A stretch of 64,000 nt of DNA. It comes from an uncultured beta proteobacterium (GTDB taxonomy: Bacteria > Pseudomonadota > Gammaproteobacteria > Burkholderiales > SG8-39). The position numbers were made by a program, and so were the translations under genes. The stretch lies in NCBI GenBank assembly GCA_903859155.1, contig CAIOLO010000080.1, positions 64,210-128,209 on the forward strand, given 5' to 3'. The notes under the pieces were generated by a model that had not been told where the DNA came from, ran no database searches, and was given only the letters and a program-made list of their open reading frames with translations. Within the stretch, counting starts at the first letter, position 1. Each line of letters opens with the position of its first letter. This document shows positions 10,143 to 20,267 of the stretch, one piece after another.

Positions 10143-11740
10143 CAGGAAACGGGTTTGCGGCGCAGGTCACGGAGGATTTCTCGGGCCGCATTGTATCCGG
10201 GCGCGCCGGTGACGCCACCGCCGGGATGGGCGCCCGAGCCGCACAAATAAAGCCCGCGCACCGGCGTGCGGTAGTCGGCGTGGCCGAGCAGCGGTCGCGC
10301 CGAAAAGATCTGATCCAGCCCCAGCGCGCCGTGCATGATGTCGCCATTGGGCAATCCGAAAATGGTTTCCAGTTCGAGCGGCGAGAGCACCTGGCGGGCG
10401 ATCACGCTTGCCTTGAAGTTGGGTGCATAGCGGCTAACGGTGTCGACGATGAGGTCGGCGGCCTGCTCGCGCTCTGCCATCCAGCTTCTGCCCAGGGGAA
10501 GCTGCGGATTGAAGTGCTGGCAGAACAGGCTGGCGACGTGCATGCCAGGCGGTGCAAGGCTGTCGTCGATCACGCTGGGGATCAGCATCTCCACGATGGG
10601 CTCGCGCGACCAGCCCAGGGCGCGCGCGTCGGCATGCGCGCGATCCATGTATCCGAGCGAGGGCGCCATGATGATGCCGGCACTATGGTGGGGCTGCGCC
10701 GTCTTGCCAGGAGCACAGCTGAAGTCAGGCAGTTCGGCAAGGGCGACGTTCATGCGAAAGCTCGCCGAGCCGCAGCGGTAACGGCGCATGCGGCCGCGGA
10801 TTTCCTCGTCGATGACGCCGGGCTCGAGCAGATCAAGGTACAACGAGCGCGGATTGACGTTCGCAGCCAGGGTCCGCGCTTCGATCTCCTCGCCGGAATC
10901 GAGCACCACGGCGGTGGCGCGTCCGCCGCGCACGCGAATGCCGGCCACCGCGGATTCGGTGCTGATCTCCACGCCGCGCACACGCGCCTCGGCGGCCATG
11001 GCCTGGGTGATGGCGCCCATGCCGCCGCGCGCATGTCCCCAGGTGCCGCGCTTGCCATTGACCTCGCCGAAGGCGTGGTGCATCAGCACGTAGGCCGACC
11101 CGGGTGTGTAGGGACTGGCAAAATTGCCCACCACGGAGTCAAAACCGAAAGCCGCCTTGAGCGGTTCGCTCTCGAACCAGTCGTCCAGAAGTTCACCGGC
11201 GCTTTTGGTAAACAGATCCAGCAGGTCGCGCCGGGCGGAGGTGCCGAGTTTGCGCAGACGCAGGCCCAGACTCATCGCACGCACCAGGTCGCCGACTCCA
11301 CCGCCCATGTTGGGAGGGGTCTTGAGCACCGATTCGCGCAGGACTTCGGCGACATTTTCGATGACCCGGTAATACGCCGGCAGACGCTGCGCATCGCGCG
11401 TCGAGAAGCGCGCCAGTTCGGACTGCGTTGTCGCGGCGTCGGGACCGAGCCGGAAGGCCTGGCCATCGGGCAGGGGAAGAAAATTCGCGTAGGAGCGCTC
11501 GATAATCTGCAACCCGTGCGCGGCAAGGCGCAGGTCGCGGATGATCGCCGGTTGCAGCAGGCTTACCGTGTAGCTTGCCACCGAGTTGCGGAACCCCGGA
11601 TGAAATTCTTCCGTGATGGCGCTGCCGCCGACAATGTGGCGGCGTTCGCACACTCGAACCTTCAGGCCTGCCGCAGCCAGGTAGCAGGCGCAGGTGAGGC
11701 CGTTGTGGCCGCCACCGATGATCACTGCGTCATAACGCAT
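10142..11740 (-). CDS. FAD-dependent oxidoreductase, phytoene-desaturase-like family
   Basis: ORF 10142..11929, trimmed to the ATG at 11740 (MRYDAVIIGGGHNGLTCACYLAAAGLKVRVCERR), a classic dinucleotide-binding GxGxxG start. C-terminal LYLCGSGAHPGGGVTGAPG motif. Confidence 0.85.
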   Translation of the reverse strand: MRYDAVIIGGGHNGLTCACYLAAAGLKVRVCERRHIVGGSAITEEFHPGFRNSVASYTVSLLQPAIIRDLRLAAHGLQIIERSYANFLPLPDGQAFRLGPDAATTQSELARFSTRDAQRLPAYYRVIENVAEVLRESVLKTPPNMGGGVGDLVRAMSLGLRLRKLGTSARRDLLDLFTKSAGELLDDWFESEPLKAAFGFDSVVGNFASPYTPGSAYVLMHHAFGEVNGKRGTWGHARGGMGAITQAMAAEARVRGVEISTESAVAGIRVRGGRATAVVLDSGEEIEARTLAANVNPRSLYLDLLEPGVIDEEIRGRMRRYRCGSASFRMNVALAELPDFSCAPGKTAQPHHSAGIIMAPSLGYMDRAHADARALGWSREPIVEMLIPSVIDDSLAPPGMHVASLFCQHFNPQLPLGRSWMAEREQAADLIVDTVSRYAPNFKASVIARQVLSPLELETIFGLPNGDIMHGALGLDQIFSARPLLGHADYRTPVRGLYLCGSGAHPGGGVTGAPGYNAAREILRDLRRKPVS

Positions 11741-11859
11741 CGCTCTGGTCTTTTCGTTTGGAGAGCAGCGGCCTGGACGGTGCACCCGCCCTCGACGGAG
11801 GACTTGCCACTGCTCCGGCGACAGTCTACGATGCCGGCTCCCTGACGTCATGCGCCGAT

Positions 11860-13191
11860 ATGGACAATTCAAAAAACGCGGAAGTCGCTGCACCCCGCCC
11901 GGTTCTCGATCTGAAAGATGCCGTCGCACTGGTGGTTGGCATCGTCATCGGCGCGGGCATCTTCAAGTTGCCGGCGCTGGTCGCCGGCAATACCGGCGAT
12001 GCGCAGACAATGATGTTTGCCTGGATACTCGGCGCCCTGATCTCCTTCATGGGGGCCTTGTGCTACGCGGAACTGGCAAGCGCCCATCCGAACGCCGGCG
12101 GTGAGTATCATTTTCTCGAGCGCGCCTACGGCCTGGAAATCGCGCGTCTGTTTGCCTGGGCGCGCATGACGGTGATCGCCACCGGTTCGATCGCGATCTT
12201 CGCTTTTGTTTTTGCCGATTATGCAACCCAGATCTTCAGGCTGGGCGAGCATTCCTCGTCGATATACGCCGCCCTGCTCATCCTGCTGCTCACCGCCATC
12301 AATATCGTGGGACTGAGCGCCGGAAAGGCAACGCAGAACTTTCTTACCGTCATCGAGGCCTCCGGACTGGTTCTCGTGACGGTGGTGGGATTCGCGTTCT
12401 CGGCACCCGAGGCGGCGCCAGTGGCGGCGCAGGCTTCCTCACAAGGCGCCTTCGGCCTGGCGATGGTGTTCGTGCTGCTGACCTATGGCGGCTGGAATGA
12501 TGCGGCCTATCTGTCTGCGGAAATCAAGGATGGTCAGCGCAATATCGTGCGCTCGATGATGTATGGCCTTGGAATCGTCGCCGTTCTTTATGTGCTGGTG
12601 AGCTTTGCCTATCTGAACGGACTGGGGATGGCGGGGCTGTCCAAATCACCGGCACCGGCGGCCGATCTCATGCAGCGCGCTTTTGGGGAAACCGGTGTCT
12701 GGGTGATGAGCGTCATTGTCGCCATTGCCGCCATTACCTCGGCCAATGCCACCATTCTTACCGGCGCCCGCACCAACTATGCCCTTGGCCGTGATTGGCG
12801 GTTGTTTCGTTTTCTCGGGCACTGGCACGGTGGCAAGAGCGTCCCGGTAAACGCCATGCTGGTGCAGGCGCTGATTTCTCTGGCGCTGGTGGCGCTGGGC
12901 ACCTGGGAGCGCAAGGGATTCAATACCATGGTCGACTACACTGCGCCGGTGTTCTGGCTGTTCTTCTTCCTGACGGGCATGTCCGTGTTCATTTTCCGGC
13001 ACTGGGAAGCTGACTCGACCCGTCCGTTCAAAGTGCCGCTATACCCGTTTACGCCGCTGATCTTCTGCGGCGTCTGCATCTACATGCTTTATTCCAGTCT
13101 GGCATATACCGGTCCGGGCGCCTTGTTCGGTGTGGGCGTGCTCGCCGCGGGCGCGGTACTCGTCCTGTTCAAGCGGCAACGGTCTCATTGA
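11860..13191 (+). CDS. APC-family amino acid permease
   Basis: ORF trimmed to the ATG at 11860 (MDNSKNAEV...). About 12 hydrophobic segments. GIVIGAGIFKLPALVA motif typical of APC transporters. Confidence 0.85.
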   Translation: MDNSKNAEVAAPRPVLDLKDAVALVVGIVIGAGIFKLPALVAGNTGDAQTMMFAWILGALISFMGALCYAELASAHPNAGGEYHFLERAYGLEIARLFAWARMTVIATGSIAIFAFVFADYATQIFRLGEHSSSIYAALLILLLTAINIVGLSAGKATQNFLTVIEASGLVLVTVVGFAFSAPEAAPVAAQASSQGAFGLAMVFVLLTYGGWNDAAYLSAEIKDGQRNIVRSMMYGLGIVAVLYVLVSFAYLNGLGMAGLSKSPAPAADLMQRAFGETGVWVMSVIVAIAAITSANATILTGARTNYALGRDWRLFRFLGHWHGGKSVPVNAMLVQALISLALVALGTWERKGFNTMVDYTAPVFWLFFFLTGMSVFIFRHWEADSTRPFKVPLYPFTPLIFCGVCIYMLYSSLAYTGPGALFGVGVLAAGAVLVLFKRQRSH

Positions 13192-13270
13192 GCCCGTTGC
13201 CTGCCTGCTCGTCGTGCGGCTAGCCAGGAATTCGCCGCGCTGCTTCCAGCAACGGCGCAAGCTGGCGGTC

Positions 13271-13843
13271 TCAGCCAGCGCCGCCTAATGCCCACCAGGC
13301 GACCAGCATCACCGCAAGGGTGCCGCCCACGAGCCACAGCGGGTTGAACGGCTCTGCCGTCTCCTCCTTGGCGGCCTTCGTCACTGCGGGAGTTGCGCCC
13401 GAGGACTCGCCCATCACCTTGTTGAATTTGACGAAGAAATCGTTGGCCATTTTCTGCGCGACGCCGTCAACCAGCCTCGAGCCGATTTGCGCGAGCTTGC
13501 CGCCGATATTGGCCTTGGCCGAATAATTGAGGCGGGTGCCGCTTCCTTCGGTGCTGAGTTTGACTTGCGCGGACCCTTTTGCGAATCCGGCTGCGCCGCC
13601 CGAGCCTTCGAAGGCAATGGAATAGGAATTCGGCGGATCGAGGTCCGAAAGGGCGAGTTTGCCGGTGAATTTTGCTTTCACCGGGCCCACCGACGCGGTC
13701 AGCGCAATGCGGTACTCGTTCTCGGCGGTTTTCTCGACGCTCTCGCACCCGGCGATGCTGGTCTTGAGCACTTCGGGATCGTTCAGGCCGCGCCATACAT
13801 CTTTTTGCGCCAGGGGAATCAGTTGTTCGCCGGTCATTTCCAT
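13271..13843 (-). CDS. coxG: SRPBCC-fold CoxG-type protein with a C-terminal membrane anchor
   Basis: Trimmed to the ATG at 13843, which has AAGGAG 9 nt upstream. MEMTGEQLIPLAQKDVWRGLNDPEVLK... matches the CoxG family. Hydrophobic C-terminus. Last gene of the cox-type accessory cluster. Confidence 0.8.
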   Translation of the reverse strand: MEMTGEQLIPLAQKDVWRGLNDPEVLKTSIAGCESVEKTAENEYRIALTASVGPVKAKFTGKLALSDLDPPNSYSIAFEGSGGAAGFAKGSAQVKLSTEGSGTRLNYSAKANIGGKLAQIGSRLVDGVAQKMANDFFVKFNKVMGESSGATPAVTKAAKEETAEPFNPLWLVGGTLAVMLVAWWALGGAG

Positions 13844-14030
13844 TGTCAATTTCTCCTTGTGTCGAATCTCATGGGCGAGCCGCATCGAATTGATGCAATG
13901 CCCATGCCTTAGGGTGTGCCTGCCGGGATTTTCGAATTTTACGCAACATTGCCCGCGTAACCGGCTTTTGGCCTATTTTCCCACCGATCGAGTATGACGT
14001 TCCAGTGAATATCAGATCCCGAGGAACCGT

Positions 14031-15218
14031 CTAGGCGGCGTGCCTGTGCGATTCGCGGCCTTCCAGGACGCTGGCCAGGTCGAGCAGGCTCTGCATATTG
14101 TGCGCGGGCAGAAATTTGTCCACATGCGGCAACATCGCGCGTATGCCCGCCGGGCGCGCCTCGAAGCCCTCGTAGCGAAGCAGGGGGTTGAGCCAGATCA
14201 GCTGGCGGCACGAGCGGTGCAGGCGGTCCATTTCCTCGGCCAGGCCCTGGCCGACGTCGGCATCCAGGCCGTCGGTGATCAGCAGCACCACCGCGTTCTG
14301 GCCGAGCACGCGCCGCGACCAGTGCAGATTGAAATCGCGGATCGACGCGCCTATGCGCGTCCCACCCGACCAGTCGGCGACCAGGTCGGCGACGCCGGTC
14401 ATGGCGATATCGACGTCGCGGTGGCGCAGGCAGCGGGTGACGTTGGTAAGCCGGGTGCCGAACACAAAGGTGTGCACGCGGTCGCGGTCGTTGGTGATGG
14501 CGTGCAGAAAATGCAGGAATACCCGGGAATAGCGGTTCATGCTGCCGGAGATGTCGCACATGACCACCAGCGGCGGATGCTGCCAGCGCGGCGAGCGGTA
14601 TTTGATGTCGATGAGCGCGCCGCCCTCGCGCAACGAGGCGCGCATGGTCGCGCGCATGTCGATGCGCCGCCCGTGCGGGTCGCCGTGAAAGCGCCGCGTG
14701 CGGATGTCGCGGATCGGCAGGCGCATGCGCTTGATCAACGCCTTCGCCTGCGACAATTCTTCCGCCGTCATGGTTTCGAAATCGGCGTGCTGCAGCACTT
14801 CGCGAGAGGAGAAGGTGAGGGTGGCGTCGAGTTCGACCTTTTCCTCCTCCTGCTCCTCCTTCTTCTGCGCCTGCGGCTGCTCAGGGTTGAAGGCTTCGCT
14901 GACGCGGCTGTTGGCTTTCTTCTCGTCCTCGGGCGCCGTGGCGAAATCGTCTGGCATCAGCATCGCCATGGCGCGCTCGAGCAACTGCGGATCGCGCCAG
15001 AAAATGTGGAAGGCCTGATCGAATACCTCGAAATGCTCGCGTTTGGCGAGAAATACCGAGGCGAGCGTCCAGTAGAAATCCTCGCGCCGCTCGATGCCCA
15101 CCACCTCGAGCGCGCGCAGGGCGTCGATCACCCGGTCGGGTCCGATGGGCAGGCCGGCGGATCGCAAAACGCGTGCGAAATGCATGACGTTTTCGGCAAG
15201 ATGCCCGGTGTTATTCAA
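14031..15218 (-). CDS. coxE: VWA-domain protein, CoxE type
   Basis: 395 aa. MIDAS-type DISGSM motif and a C-terminal VWA domain (VVLLITDGLD). Acidic EEQEEEK linker. Cox-accessory context. Confidence 0.85.
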   Translation of the reverse strand: MNNTGHLAENVMHFARVLRSAGLPIGPDRVIDALRALEVVGIERREDFYWTLASVFLAKREHFEVFDQAFHIFWRDPQLLERAMAMLMPDDFATAPEDEKKANSRVSEAFNPEQPQAQKKEEQEEEKVELDATLTFSSREVLQHADFETMTAEELSQAKALIKRMRLPIRDIRTRRFHGDPHGRRIDMRATMRASLREGGALIDIKYRSPRWQHPPLVVMCDISGSMNRYSRVFLHFLHAITNDRDRVHTFVFGTRLTNVTRCLRHRDVDIAMTGVADLVADWSGGTRIGASIRDFNLHWSRRVLGQNAVVLLITDGLDADVGQGLAEEMDRLHRSCRQLIWLNPLLRYEGFEARPAGIRAMLPHVDKFLPAHNMQSLLDLASVLEGRESHRHAA

Positions 15219-15228
15219 TTTGCGGGCC

Positions 15229-16581
15229 TCACGTCGATTTCTCCTGGGGGCGCACCAGCAGTGACTCGCGCGCCAGCAGGTCGAAGCGCCGCGATGCGAT
15301 GATGCGGTTGTCCCTGGCGTAGGCTTCGTGGTTGCGCTCCAGGTCGCTCAAATCGTAGACGTAATTCACCATCATGCCCGCTGAACGCCGCAATCCCGTA
15401 GCGGAGGTATCGCCCAGCCAGTTGAGCCGTTCCAGGCGTGCGCCGTTGCCCAGGTGAAAGCGCGCAACGGAATCCAGGGGTTCGGCGCGGGATTTCGCGA
15501 GCAGCAGGTATTGCGCGCAAAGCCGCGGCAGTTCGCGCTGCAGGGCGGTCCTGACCCCCTTGTCGGTCATCCAGTCCGGCAGGTCGAGCATTGCCAGCAA
15601 GCCGGCCAGCTGCTCGCGCCGCGGATCAGGATCGCCATTGCCGTCCTTTTTCCCGGCTTGGGCCGACAGCCACGCGCGAAATCCGGGGATGGGCGACAGC
15701 GTCGCGAAGGTCTTAAGGCGCGGGAACTCGCGCCCCAGGTCTTCGGCGACCTGCTTGATCAGCAGATTGCCGAAGCTGACGCCGCGCAATCCTTCCTGGC
15801 AGTTGGTTATCGAATAGAACATGGCGCAATCGGCATTGCCCGCGTCGAACACCGGCGCTTCCGGGTCGAGCAGCGGCTGTACCGTCGTGCTCAGGCCTTT
15901 GGTGAGGGCCACTTCGATGAATATGAGCGGTTCATCGGGGAGCGCCGGGTGAAAGAACGCATAGCAGCGCCGGTCCGCCTGGGTGCGTCGGCGCAGGTCG
16001 CGCCAGCCCTGGATTTCGTGCACCGCTTCGTACTTGATGAGCTTTTCAAGGATCTGCGCCGACGTGCGCCAGTCGATGCGCTCCAGCAGCAGGAAGCCGC
16101 GATTGAACCAGGAGCGAAACAGTTCGGCGAGATCGGCGTCTATTCCCACCCACAGGGGCGTGTCGCGCAGGTCGCGCAATATGCGCCGCCGCATTTCCAC
16201 GAGAACCGTCGTGCCGCCGGGGGCCATGTTGACGCGGCGGAACAACTCCTGGCGCGGCGAGTCCACCGCGCGCTGCAGTTTCAGCAGATTTGCCGGAATC
16301 GGGGACTCGCGGTAATTGTCCGCCGCGCTGCTGACTGCGTCGGGGTCCGGGACAAATTGGGCGGCGAGCAGGTCGAAAAACACCGGCAATGAGACCTCGT
16401 CCAGTGTCTTGTAGGCCTGCAGGGTTTCGGCGGCCAGGCGCGCGCCGGAGACTTCGCCGCGCTCGGACATGAGCGCCTTGCACAGGTCTATGACCCTTTG
16501 GGCATCGCGCGCGGCCAGGCGCGGCGCGGGCGGGCGTTCCGGCATGCGCAGCAGGCGGCGGAGGAGTGAGCGTTCAGGCAT
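15229..16581 (-). CDS. malonyl-CoA decarboxylase family protein
   Basis: 450 aa. FFHPALPDEPLIFIEVALTKG, MFYSITNCQEGLRGVSFGNLLIKQV and TLSPIPGFRAWL are hallmark blocks of the MCD/MatA family. Confidence 0.85.
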   Translation of the reverse strand: MPERSLLRRLLRMPERPPAPRLAARDAQRVIDLCKALMSERGEVSGARLAAETLQAYKTLDEVSLPVFFDLLAAQFVPDPDAVSSAADNYRESPIPANLLKLQRAVDSPRQELFRRVNMAPGGTTVLVEMRRRILRDLRDTPLWVGIDADLAELFRSWFNRGFLLLERIDWRTSAQILEKLIKYEAVHEIQGWRDLRRRTQADRRCYAFFHPALPDEPLIFIEVALTKGLSTTVQPLLDPEAPVFDAGNADCAMFYSITNCQEGLRGVSFGNLLIKQVAEDLGREFPRLKTFATLSPIPGFRAWLSAQAGKKDGNGDPDPRREQLAGLLAMLDLPDWMTDKGVRTALQRELPRLCAQYLLLAKSRAEPLDSVARFHLGNGARLERLNWLGDTSATGLRRSAGMMVNYVYDLSDLERNHEAYARDNRIIASRRFDLLARESLLVRPQEKST

Positions 16582-16590
16582 GCGGCCCGC

Positions 16591-17502
16591 TCAGCCCGCG
16601 GCGATTTCTGCCTTGACTTCGGTGAGCAGGCGTTCGGCTTCGCTGCCCTTGATGCGCGAGATGTCGTCCTGGTACTTGAGCAGCGTGCCCAGTGTGTCAT
16701 TGACGGTTTGCGGATCCAGGGAAAGCTTGTCGAGCGCCATCAGGGCCTTGGTCCAGTCCAGGGTTTCGGCCACGCCGGGCAACTTGAACAGTTCCATTTT
16801 GCGCAGGCGCTGCACGAAGGCCACCACTTCCGCGGACAGCCGTTCGGCGGCGCCGGGCACCTTGCGGCGCAGGATTTCCGCCTCGCGCTTCGCGTCGGGA
16901 TAATCGACCCAATGATAGAAGCAGCGCCGCTTGATGGCGTCGTGAATCTCGCGCGTGCGATTGGAAGTGATGATCACCACCGGCGGTTCCTTGGCCTTGA
17001 TCGTGCCCAGTTCGGGAATGCTGACCTGGAAGTCGGAGAGCACTTCCAGCAGATAGGCTTCGAAGGGTTCGTCGGTGCGATCGAGTTCGTCGATCAAAAG
17101 CACCGGCGCCGCGCCCGCCTTGCCCTCCAGCGCCTGCAGCAGCGGCCGGCGGATGAGGAAGCGCTCCGAAAAGATGTCCCTGGCGAGGCTGTCGCGATTC
17201 TTCGCGCCTTCGGTCTCGGCGAGGCGGATTTCGATCATCTGGCGCGAATAATTCCATTCGTAGACTGCGCTGGCGATATCCAGGCCCTCGTAGCATTGCA
17301 GGCGCACCAGCTTGCGCTCCAGGGTCTGCGCGAGCACCTTGGCGATTTCGGTTTTGCCGACACCGGCTTCGCCCTCCAGGAACAACGGCCGGCCCAGCTT
17401 CAGCGAAAGGTAAACCGAGGTGGCGAGACTGCGCTCGGCGACGTAATCGGCGTTGGCCAGCAGTTCGACGGTGCTGTCAACCGACTTGGGAATGGCGGCC
17501 AT
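16591..17502 (-). CDS. coxD: MoxR-type AAA+ ATPase, CoxD type
   Basis: 303 aa. Walker A GEAGVGKT, Walker B LLIDELDR, MoxR-like length and layout. Cox-accessory context. Confidence 0.85.
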   Translation of the reverse strand: MAAIPKSVDSTVELLANADYVAERSLATSVYLSLKLGRPLFLEGEAGVGKTEIAKVLAQTLERKLVRLQCYEGLDIASAVYEWNYSRQMIEIRLAETEGAKNRDSLARDIFSERFLIRRPLLQALEGKAGAAPVLLIDELDRTDEPFEAYLLEVLSDFQVSIPELGTIKAKEPPVVIITSNRTREIHDAIKRRCFYHWVDYPDAKREAEILRRKVPGAAERLSAEVVAFVQRLRKMELFKLPGVAETLDWTKALMALDKLSLDPQTVNDTLGTLLKYQDDISRIKGSEAERLLTEVKAEIAAG

Positions 17503-17597
17503 GGGATCGATTCTGCAAAAAGAAATGCACGCAAGCCCGGCTTACGTGCATTTTATTGATTGGAGAGATGTTCGAAAAAAACAGGCAGAAGCGGTGC

Positions 17598-18398
17598 TCA
17601 GCCGCGCAGCGCCGCCTCGACGGCGCGCTTGGCCATGACAGTCACCAGATGCGCGCGGTAATCGGCCTTGGCGTGGATGTCGGAGTTCAGGCCTTTATCG
17701 GATACCTTGATATTGGCGACGGACTCGGGTGCGAACTTCGCAGCAAGCGCCTTTTCCATCTCGGGCACGCGGAACACGCCGGGACTCGCGCCGGTCACGG
17801 CCACGCGCATTCCGGAGGCGGTTTCTGCCACGAACACGCCGACGATTGCGTAACGCGACGCCGGATTCTTGAACTTGATATAGGCCGCCCGCTTCGGCAC
17901 CGGGAAGCTCACCGCCGTAATGATCTCGCCATTCTCCAACGCAGTCTCGAACATGCCCTTGAAGAAATCGTCGGCGGCGATCTTGCGCTTGTTGGTCTGG
18001 ATGGTCGCGCCCAGGCCCAGCAGGCCTGCCGGGTAATCGGCGGAAGGGTCGTTATGCGCCACCGAACCGCCCATCGTGCCCATGTTGCGAATCTGCCGGT
18101 CGGCGATGCTGCCGGCAAGTGATGCCAGTGCGGGGATGGCTTTCTTCACCTCCTGCGAGGCAGCCACTTCGGCGTGGCGGGTCATGGCGCCGATGGTTAC
18201 CGTGCTGCCCTCGACCTTGATGCCGCGCAATTCCGAAATCGTACCCAGGTCGATGAGATCCGAAGGTTTCGAGAGCCGCAGCTTCATTGTGGCGATCAGG
18301 CTCTGGCCGCCGGCCAGCAGCTTGACGTCTTCGCCTTTGACCAGGGCGGCCGCAGCCTCAGCCACCGATTTGACGCGGTTGTAATTGAACGAGTACAT
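17598..18398 (-). CDS. coxM: FAD-binding medium subunit of a xanthine dehydrogenase/CO dehydrogenase-family molybdoenzyme
   Basis: 266 aa. [11 protein letters not shown]-binding motif and a CO-dehydrogenase flavoprotein C-terminal region. Follows the 2Fe-2S subunit gene. Confidence 0.85.
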   Translation of the reverse strand: MYSFNYNRVKSVAEAAAALVKGEDVKLLAGGQSLIATMKLRLSKPSDLIDLGTISELRGIKVEGSTVTIGAMTRHAEVAASQEVKKAIPALASLAGSIADRQIRNMGTMGGSVAHNDPSADYPAGLLGLGATIQTNKRKIAADDFFKGMFETALENGEIITAVSFPVPKRAAYIKFKNPASRYAIVGVFVAETASGMRVAVTGASPGVFRVPEMEKALAAKFAPESVANIKVSDKGLNSDIHAKADYRAHLVTVMAKRAVEAALRG

Positions 18399-18416
18399 GT
18401 TTTTCTCCTTTTTCGC

Positions 18417-18890
18417 TCAGCCGCGCATCGTGGCGGCGGCCGCTTTGATCGCCTTGACGATGTTGTGATAACCGGTGCAGCGGCACAGGTTGCCGTCCAG
18501 TTGCTCGCGGATTTCGCGCTCGCTTGGGTCGGGGAAATTCTTCACCAGGTCCATCGCAGAGAGCACCATGCCGGGGGTGCAGAAACCGCACTGCAGCGCG
18601 TGGTGCTCGCGGAAGGCCTCCTGCATCGTGTTGAGCGTGCCATCGCTCTTGGCGACGCCTTCGATGGTGAGGATGTCGGCGCCTTCGGCCTGCATCGCAA
18701 CGATGTTGCAGGATTTGATGGCGCGGCCGTTCAAGTGCACGGTGCAGGCACCGCATTGGGCAGTGTCGCAACCCACGTGGGTGCCGGTAAGCCGCAGATT
18801 TTCGCGGATGTAATTCACCAGCAACGTGCGCTCCTCGACTTCGGCGCTTACAGCCTTGCCGTTGACAGTCATTGAGACCTTGACGGTCAT
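18417..18890 (-). CDS. coxS: [2Fe-2S] small subunit of a xanthine dehydrogenase/CO dehydrogenase-family molybdoenzyme
   Basis: Trimmed to the ATG at 18890 (GGAGG 5 nt upstream). [12 protein letters not shown] and CGFCTPG...CRCTGY cysteine motifs for two [2Fe-2S] clusters. Confidence 0.9.
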   Translation of the reverse strand: MTVKVSMTVNGKAVSAEVEERTLLVNYIRENLRLTGTHVGCDTAQCGACTVHLNGRAIKSCNIVAMQAEGADILTIEGVAKSDGTLNTMQEAFREHHALQCGFCTPGMVLSAMDLVKNFPDPSEREIREQLDGNLCRCTGYHNIVKAIKAAAATMRG

Positions 18891-19217
18891 GTTTGCCTCC
18901 AAGTTTTCTGAACGGATTCCGTGGCCAGGCATCAATCGCAGAATTCGACCTGCAAGGGGGGAGACCCCGCGCTGGTTTTCCTTCTTTGGGTTTTTGATGC
19001 GGAAGGCCGACGAGTGGGGGCTATGCTAGACCAAGGAGGCTGGATTGGCAACCGCCCGAAGCCGGAAAATCCTTAACGATTCGGGCTTTGCGCTACGCGG
19101 CTTGACCGGGTATCGGCGCGGGAATAGGCTTGCGCAAAGGTAATCGTGGCCGTCGGTCGTTGCAATTAACGGGCGGCGCCCCCATTTGCCACGGGACAAA
19201 TCTCAACGAGGCAAAGC

Positions 19218-20225
19218 ATGGACAGTGTGGATCTGGAGGTCGTAAGAAGCGCCGTGGCATGGGTCCGGGACGGCCATCGGGCCACCGTCGGGACCATCAC
19301 CCACACCTGGGGTTCGGCTCCCCGCCCGGTTGGAGCCATGGTGGCGATTCGCGATGACGGGCAGGTGATGGGCTCGGTTTCCGGCGGCTGCGTCGAGGAC
19401 GACCTCATCGACAAAGTCAAATCGCGAGCGGTGGCGGCGGAAAAGCCCGAGGTCGTGGTCTACGGCGTGACGCAGGAACAGGCGACGCGATACGGGCTGC
19501 CCTGCGGGGGCACGCTGCAAATCGTACTGGAGCCGGTGCGCGAGCATTCGCATCTGGAGGACCTGCTTGCCGCCATCGAGCGCCATGAACTGGTGGCGCG
19601 CACTCTCGATATGGAAACCGGCGTTGCGACGCTCCAGCCGGGGCGCTGGTCCGACAATCTGGAATTTGAAGGCAAGGTTTTGAAATCCGTGCACGGACCG
19701 CGCTGGCGCGTTCTGCTGATCGGCGCAGGGCAGGTCAGCCGCTATCTCGCGCAAATGGCGCAGGCGCTCGATTATCACGTCACGGTGTGCGATCCGCGTG
19801 AGGAATACTACGAAGCCTGGGACCTGCAGAGCGTGCCCCTCAATCGCAGCTACCCCGACGATGCGGCCATTGCCATGAACCTGGATGCGCACTGCGCGGT
19901 GGTGGCGCTCACCCACGACCCGAAACTCGACGACATCGCGCTCCTCGAGGCGCTGAAATCGCCCGCGTTCTACGTCGGGGCGCTGGGTTCGAAAAAGAAC
20001 AACGACGGGCGCCGCAAGCGCCTGGCGGACTTCGATCTGGCCGCCGCCGAGATCGCGCGCATGCGCGGCCCGGTAGGACTGCGCATCGGCTCCAAGACAC
20101 CGCCGGAGATTGCCGTCGCGATCCTGGCCGAAATGACCGCGGTACGCCATGGCGTGCAGATCCCCGAGCTTGTCGAGGCCCCCAAGGTCAACGTTACTTC
20201 GGGCTGTGCCGTACCGCAAGCCTGA
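19218..20225 (+). CDS. XdhC/CoxI-family molybdenum cofactor insertion chaperone
   Basis: 335 aa. N-terminal XdhC_CoxI region (GSAPRPVGAMVAIRDDG...SGGCVE) and a Rossmann-like C-terminal part (VLLIGAGQVS). Confidence 0.85.
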   Translation: MDSVDLEVVRSAVAWVRDGHRATVGTITHTWGSAPRPVGAMVAIRDDGQVMGSVSGGCVEDDLIDKVKSRAVAAEKPEVVVYGVTQEQATRYGLPCGGTLQIVLEPVREHSHLEDLLAAIERHELVARTLDMETGVATLQPGRWSDNLEFEGKVLKSVHGPRWRVLLIGAGQVSRYLAQMAQALDYHVTVCDPREEYYEAWDLQSVPLNRSYPDDAAIAMNLDAHCAVVALTHDPKLDDIALLEALKSPAFYVGALGSKKNNDGRRKRLADFDLAAAEIARMRGPVGLRIGSKTPPEIAVAILAEMTAVRHGVQIPELVEAPKVNVTSGCAVPQA

Positions 20226-20267
20226 ACTGCCTCGGGCAAACGCAACGAGCGGCTTGTTTGCCGCTCG

